Notes under the pieces: model-generated
What the model saw: only the letters and a program-made list of their open reading frames with translations
What the model was told of the DNA's origin: nothing
The model's database searches: none
Position numbers and translations under genes: made by a program
Assembly (NCBI GenBank): GCA_044223005.1
Contig: JBGAML010000004.1
Span: 64,001 to 128,000 of the forward strand
DNA from: Candidatus Eiseniibacteriota bacterium
GTDB taxonomy: Bacteria > Eisenbacteria > RBG-16-71-46
Direction: 5' to 3'
Length of the DNA: 64,000 nt
Shown here: one piece after another, positions 59,397 through 64,000 of the stretch
How the letters are laid out: the number at the start of each line of letters is the position of its first letter
Position numbering within the stretch: the stretch's first letter is position 1

Positions 59397-59914
59397 TTCC
59401 TGCCCTCCGCGACCCGGCCGAGGGTCGCCGTGTGACTGTCCGAGCTCGCGCTCGAGCCGTAGTAGTAAGCGATCACCGTCGCGATCGATCCACCCAGCGT
59501 GCCCAGGAGGATGTTGAGGACGTCCTTGTTCGCATCGGGAACCGCGTGGAACATCATCAGCAGCAGCAGGCCGAAGAACAGCACGAAGAGCACGAGCGCC
59601 AGGATCCGTGGCGTCGAGTCCTTCGTCGCGATCTCGCGCGCACGCGCATTGGCGCGATCCTCCATCCCGAGCTTCTCGAGCTCGATCCCCAGCTCGGCCA
59701 TCTTCGAGTCGAACGCCTGGTCGAGCTCCTTCAGCTTGAGCAGCTGCTCCGGCGTCGCGGCCGCGATCGCTGCCGCGACATCCGCCTCCGGTGCGTCCGG
59801 CTTCCCCAGCAGCCCGCCCGCGATCTCGCGCACGGCCGTGCCGGCCAGGGGGCCGCCCAGCGCCGTCGCGAGCGCGGGCGCCACGGTGCGCACGATGCCC
59901 TTCCAGTCCTTCAT
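59393..59914 (-). CDS. Holin-like protein
   Basis: VAPALATALGGPLAG, DRANARARE, two TM helices, YYYGSS; ATGA-coupled to the endolysin. Confidence 0.75.
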   Translation of the reverse strand: MKDWKGIVRTVAPALATALGGPLAGTAVREIAGGLLGKPDAPEADVAAAIAAATPEQLLKLKELDQAFDSKMAELGIELEKLGMEDRANARAREIATKDSTPRILALVLFVLFFGLLLLMMFHAVPDANKDVLNILLGTLGGSIATVIAYYYGSSASSDSHTATLGRVAEGRK

Positions 59915-60441
59915 GGCGTCCTCCGCGCGAACTCGGACTGGCGGTTGAGCCAGCCCTCCGCGAACTCGGTGTTGTCGGGGATTCCGTCGTGATCGTCGTC
60001 CTTCAGGTTCTTCGAGATGATCCGGCCCGTGAACTGCATCCGCTCGGCGACAAGCGCGCGGTAGAGCGCGCGACCATCCGCGGCCGCGAGCGCGGCGCGG
60101 GTGACGCGGCCGAAGACACCGTCCACGGCTACGCCGAGCGCGCGCTGGAGGATCCGGACACCGTTGCCGGGCCCGTGGTTCTCCACGATGTCGAAGAACA
60201 GCTCGCGCGCGTCCTCGGGCGCGAGGTCGAGTCCCATGTCGACCAGGTCCCGCACGTAGATGGCGCGGGCCTCGGTGACCGACAGGTGCTCGACGTCCGC
60301 GGCGCTGCAGGGGCGGTTGCGCGCGGCCGAGAGCTTCTGCTGCGTGATCCCGAACTTGGTCGGGCCGCCCTTGTCCGCGGGGTTGTCGACGTAGCCGGCC
60401 TCGCGTTCGATCAGCCGGGCCGCGAGTTGCTCGAGCGTCAT
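59911..60441 (-). CDS. Endolysin, glycoside hydrolase family 108 with a peptidoglycan-binding domain
   Basis: EREAGYVDNPADKGGPTKFGIT, LQRALGVAVDGVFG, FAEGWLNR; GGAGGG RBS. Confidence 0.92.
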   Translation of the reverse strand: MTLEQLAARLIEREAGYVDNPADKGGPTKFGITQQKLSAARNRPCSAADVEHLSVTEARAIYVRDLVDMGLDLAPEDARELFFDIVENHGPGNGVRILQRALGVAVDGVFGRVTRAALAAADGRALYRALVAERMQFTGRIISKNLKDDDHDGIPDNTEFAEGWLNRQSEFARRTP

Positions 60442-60537
60442 GGTTCCCTCCGGCGCTGCAGATTCCGGCATCCTGCCGAAGGTCTCGTCTTCGACCTGCC
60501 CGAAGACGTCTCGCACAACGCGCTGGCTGGGGGCCGA

Positions 60538-62982
60538 TCAGACCAGCGAGAACACCCTTTCCTGGTACGTACCGATGAGCGATCCGTTCACGGGAATCAC
60601 CCGGATCGAGATCGACGTGCCAGCGATCGCGGAATCCGTGACCTGCATGGCCGCGGTCCACGTCCAGTTGTTCGTGGTGATCGCCGTGACGGTTCGCTTG
60701 AGCGTTCCATTGACGCGCACCTCGATCGTGAAGTTACCTTCCGGCGTCGCGGTGTAGTCCGTCGCGTCCTGTGCGACGACGACGCCCGCGGCCGCCTGCA
60801 GCGTCCGATGCCGGAAGCGCCAGCTGACCACATGGTCCACGCCGGCGGGGCGGGAGGTTGGCCAGGGGAAGAAGCTGTCGATGACCATGTTCCCGGGCGG
60901 CAGCGGCTTCAGGGCCCGACTCGCGGTCGTGAGCGAGAGCTGCGTCGCCGAGGCGATCGGCAGCACGCTGCGTAGGTTGAACGGCAGGAGCTTCGCCGTG
61001 ACCGTCAGGTCTGACGCATAACCGCCAGTGGGGTTGAGGACGGCGCGCGGGCCCGCGGTGAAGAACCAGACCTTGGCGCCGGCGCTGTGGGCCGCGGGGA
61101 CAGTGTCCAGGACGCCCCGCAGGACGTTGCTGATCGTGCGGCCGCCGCCCGAGGGCGTGACGGTCTGCCAGGCGATGATCTCCGAGTCGATCAGCGCCAG
61201 ATTGAGCCCGTAGTAGAGCTCCGTGGAACTGATCGAGGTGAGGAAGTCCGGATCGATCAGGTTCGTGACGTCGAACCCGGTCGTGTCGAGCGCGGCCGTG
61301 TTCGCGGGATAGCTTGAGACGAGCGTCCCGTAGGGACACCAGCCGCGGACGTCCGGGCTCTGGACGTAGGCCGTACCGCCCGCCGGATCCGCCCAGATCT
61401 GGAAGCCGTTGAGCGTCGCATCGGCCCGCGCGGCGAGCGCGCGCACCTGTCGGCCGCCGAGATCCGCCAGCTGGTAGGGCTCCTCCATGAGCGCCTGCTG
61501 CGCGCAGGCGACCGGGGCCCCGATGGGATCGACCCATCCGGTGCCGCCGGGAGGCGTGTAGCCCGTTCCGGAAACGCCGAAGGCATCCTCGACCGCCTCG
61601 AGCGAGAGCCGGCCGTCCTCGAGCTTGCCGCCGGCGGGTTTGGTCACGCGGCAGACCATGCCCGTGATCCCATAGGATGGCGCGTTGAGGACGAAACAGT
61701 CGCAAGCGCGCAGCGCCCAGGCCTTGCGGTTCGACTTGGCCTTGATCCGCGCGAACGGGTAGCTGCCTCGCCTCAGGTCGCGCGAAGCGATGCGGCTGGC
61801 GATGGCCGAATTGCTGATGCCCCGGTAGTCGACCTGCTGGGCCACCGAAACGCCCTGGACCTGCTGGTTCGCGAGATTCATCCACTGGGCGATGCGCGTG
61901 GTCCAGTTGTCGGCGCGCGAGGTGAACGCGACCTTGGCGACGTTGAAGGTCTCGTCCCAGCCGGCGCGCCCGAACTCGATCTCGTCCAGCGTGGTCTCAT
62001 CGAGCACGGGCAGCGAGCCGATCACGTAATCCGCCCGGACCAGCGTCAGCGTCAGCAGCCCGGTCTCCGGATCGGTCGAGATCCCGCCGTCAATGTGGCG
62101 GAGGATCTCGCGGATGGTCTCGCTCGCCTCGGTCGGTTGCTCCATGATTAGCGACAGCCCGAAACCCTCGGAAAACAGCGTCTCGCCCGCGAGCAGGAAC
62201 GACGCGAGGTCGATGTCCGACGCCGGCCGCCCGAGCCCATAGGTCGTGTGCCGGAGCAGCTCGTAGAGGATGCAGGCCGGATTCGAGTCGTAGCCGCCGG
62301 CCGACGCGATCCGATGGTGCCCGCTCACCATGCCCAGCGAGTTGGGGCAGCGCGTGACCTTGAAGGCAATCGGCCGCGGCGTCGGCGAGGTGCCGATATA
62401 GACGCCGCCGTACTGCGGCTTATAGCCGCCGTGGAGCACCACGTGCGCAACGCGTGCGAGGCCCGGATAGTCAGCGCTGCACTGCGTCTGCATGTAGCTG
62501 CTGATCGTCGGGGTGTCCACGCCGGCGAAGCAGTCGGCGTTCCCGGTGACGCCACCGCCCGAGCGATTCCCCCCGAAGAGCGAGGCGCTGTTGAACTGGT
62601 AGGTGGAGACGTCCGCGGCGGTCCCCTGGAGCACCCAGCCCGGGTCCTTCTCGTCGAAGAGGATCCCGTCGAAGCTGTCGAGCGGCCCGTGACAGAGCGC
62701 GAGGTCCATGCCGAGCGTGTAGTAGTAGCCGGCGTCGGCCTTGTTGATCTGGAAGCCCTCGGCGCCGAGGTTCCCATACCAGACCACGTTCGGGCTCGTG
62801 AGCTTGACGCTGCCGAAGACGACCGGGATCGCGCGCGCGGGATCTGCCGTCGGCCCGTCGAAGTCCGAGATCCCCTTCGGCTGCGGCTTGTCGGGCTTCG
62901 GTCCCAGGTAGCGCGCGGCGAGGCTCAGCCCGGCGAGCTCGAGGAGCTGCAGTCCGGCGGCGAGGATCAGGGGCAGCGGCAT
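60538..62982 (-). CDS. Phage tail tip/hub protein
   Basis: IPVVFGSV...SPNVVWYG, LALCHGP, NPACILYELL, ETLFSEGFGLS, VLRGVLDT; coupled to the upstream gene. Confidence 0.85.
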   Translation of the reverse strand: MPLPLILAAGLQLLELAGLSLAARYLGPKPDKPQPKGISDFDGPTADPARAIPVVFGSVKLTSPNVVWYGNLGAEGFQINKADAGYYYTLGMDLALCHGPLDSFDGILFDEKDPGWVLQGTAADVSTYQFNSASLFGGNRSGGGVTGNADCFAGVDTPTISSYMQTQCSADYPGLARVAHVVLHGGYKPQYGGVYIGTSPTPRPIAFKVTRCPNSLGMVSGHHRIASAGGYDSNPACILYELLRHTTYGLGRPASDIDLASFLLAGETLFSEGFGLSLIMEQPTEASETIREILRHIDGGISTDPETGLLTLTLVRADYVIGSLPVLDETTLDEIEFGRAGWDETFNVAKVAFTSRADNWTTRIAQWMNLANQQVQGVSVAQQVDYRGISNSAIASRIASRDLRRGSYPFARIKAKSNRKAWALRACDCFVLNAPSYGITGMVCRVTKPAGGKLEDGRLSLEAVEDAFGVSGTGYTPPGGTGWVDPIGAPVACAQQALMEEPYQLADLGGRQVRALAARADATLNGFQIWADPAGGTAYVQSPDVRGWCPYGTLVSSYPANTAALDTTGFDVTNLIDPDFLTSISSTELYYGLNLALIDSEIIAWQTVTPSGGGRTISNVLRGVLDTVPAAHSAGAKVWFFTAGPRAVLNPTGGYASDLTVTAKLLPFNLRSVLPIASATQLSLTTASRALKPLPPGNMVIDSFFPWPTSRPAGVDHVVSWRFRHRTLQAAAGVVVAQDATDYTATPEGNFTIEVRVNGTLKRTVTAITTNNWTWTAAMQVTDSAIAGTSISIRVIPVNGSLIGTYQERVFSLV

Positions 62983-63776
62983 CAGGCGGCTCCCGAGACG
63001 AAGGGATTCTTGGTCGGGATGAACGGGAACCCGCAGAAGTGCACGAGATTGCCGAACGCCTTGCAGGCCGCGATCGTGTGGTCGCATCCCGGATAGGCGG
63101 TCACCGCGGCGCCGGCGGCGATCGCGCGGAAGGGCGTGAGCAGCGTGAGCACGTTGCCCGCATGCTGTGTGATCCAGTGCGTCTCGCCGGCAGCATTCTC
63201 GACGTAGCCCGCCTGGAAATAGCCGTCCGGATGGGTCCCGAATGCCGGCGAGGTGATCGTGAGTCCGGAGACCGCCGAGAGCGTCGCCGGCTGCGCGCGG
63301 GAGGTGCGATCGAGCCCGCATTCGGGCGAATAGAGCGCCCAGTTGCACTGCGACTGGAACGAGTTGGGCGGGATCCGCCGGCGCAGGACGCGCGTGATCG
63401 GCAGGCCGGTCAGTCGCGCCAGCGACCCCTCGAAGCGGACCGAGGCGATCTCTCCCGACCACATCCGGATCACCTCGGCATCGCCACGGTGGAACCGGAG
63501 GACTTCAAGCGTGACCGGACGGACGGGCAGGTCCGGGATGAAGAGCTGTGGGATCTCGTGGTCCCGCGGCAGCGTCAGCTCGAGCGCGTCCTGCGCGTCC
63601 TCGTCGTTCGTGTCGATCTCGCCGCGGGTCATCGCCGTCGGCGTGTAGTCCAGGCCGGAGAGGGTCTGGAGCGTGTCGCCGCTCGTCAGGCCCCACGACT
63701 GGACGCCGCAGGCGAAGCGGAAGAGCTCGACCGGAGCGCCGCCGTAGGTGCTCGATTCGCGGGCGTCATAGCTCAT
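62982..63776 (-). CDS. Phage BR0599/DUF2163 family tail-tip protein (Fe-S Cys motif)
   Basis: PVELFRF, QCNWALYSPEC, YPGCDHTIAACKAFGNLVHFCGFPFIP. Confidence 0.88.
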   Translation of the reverse strand: MSYDARESSTYGGAPVELFRFACGVQSWGLTSGDTLQTLSGLDYTPTAMTRGEIDTNDEDAQDALELTLPRDHEIPQLFIPDLPVRPVTLEVLRFHRGDAEVIRMWSGEIASVRFEGSLARLTGLPITRVLRRRIPPNSFQSQCNWALYSPECGLDRTSRAQPATLSAVSGLTITSPAFGTHPDGYFQAGYVENAAGETHWITQHAGNVLTLLTPFRAIAAGAAVTAYPGCDHTIAACKAFGNLVHFCGFPFIPTKNPFVSGAA

Positions 63777-64000
63777 GCCGGGACCTCCGCGGGCAGCTCC
63801 GTGAAGCTCAGCGAGGCCTCGCAGCTGGACGGGTTCTCCCAGTCGATGTCGACGAAGTCCTCGGTGAGCCGGCAGAGCGTGAGGAAGCTGATGACGGTCG
63901 CGTCGGCCGAGAGCGCGACTCCCGTGGTCGCGTCCAGCGTGATCATCTCGGTCGCGGCGTCCATGGGCGTGCAGTCGACGGCCTTGCGCAGCAGCATCGT
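63773..64000 (-). CDS. C-terminus of a phage tail protein (starts beyond the window)
   Basis: Open frame ending ISFLTLCRL...FTELPAEVPA; ATGA overlap with the BR0599 gene. Confidence 0.65.
   Translation of the reverse strand, partial: TMLLRKAVDCTPMDAATEMITLDATTGVALSADATVISFLTLCRLTEDFVDIDWENPSSCEASLSFTELPAEVPA

Larger units (their letters stand above)
55229..64000 (-). mobile_element. Prophage end (att, integrase, accessory genes, lysis, tail); continues beyond the window
   Basis: tRNA fragment, tyrosine integrase, holin/endolysin and tail genes, all co-oriented; visibly less GC-biased from ~55.3 to 59 kb. Confidence 0.9.

Overview
High-GC bacterial chromosome segment. The secreted proteins with Ig-like or dockerin-like C-termini are compatible with a Candidatus Eisenbacteria-like host, but that is inference only. 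Host genes, left to right: a large secreted GH57-like protein running off the left edge (absent from the ORF track); a saccharopine dehydrogenase-family gene plus a DUF4032 kinase-like gene; an NhaR-like LysR divergent from HPF-like and TerC genes; a MerR-headed iscA-sufCBDSU-Rieske-sufT operon; an M28 peptidase; a ~540-nt non-coding island with a sigma54 promoter and six exact CCCCUCGG motifs, mostly at hairpin tips (candidate undescribed sRNA and the most striking signal here); GT2; NUDIX; a hyfBCEF-large-small (Ehr/group 4f-like) membrane hydrogenase operon whose large subunit keeps both Ni-binding CxxC motifs; an IS1/IS1595-like element in its upstream region; a Ser/Thr kinase-ATPase-TPR gene facing an ECF sigma gene; SDR; two GIDE-like genes plus lemA; GH1; MFS; squalene/phytoene synthase; a secreted GH-like protein with a CBM; and an A1-type cytochrome c oxidase cluster. 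From ~55.2 kb to the window end lies a prophage integrated at tRNA-fMet, of which only the 3' fragment is here. It carries a tyrosine integrase, two small HTH genes, a Cys-rich protein, a DprA + phosphoribosyltransferase (ShosTA-like) candidate defence cassette, a lysis module and tail genes. All calls come from motif reading by eye, without database searches.
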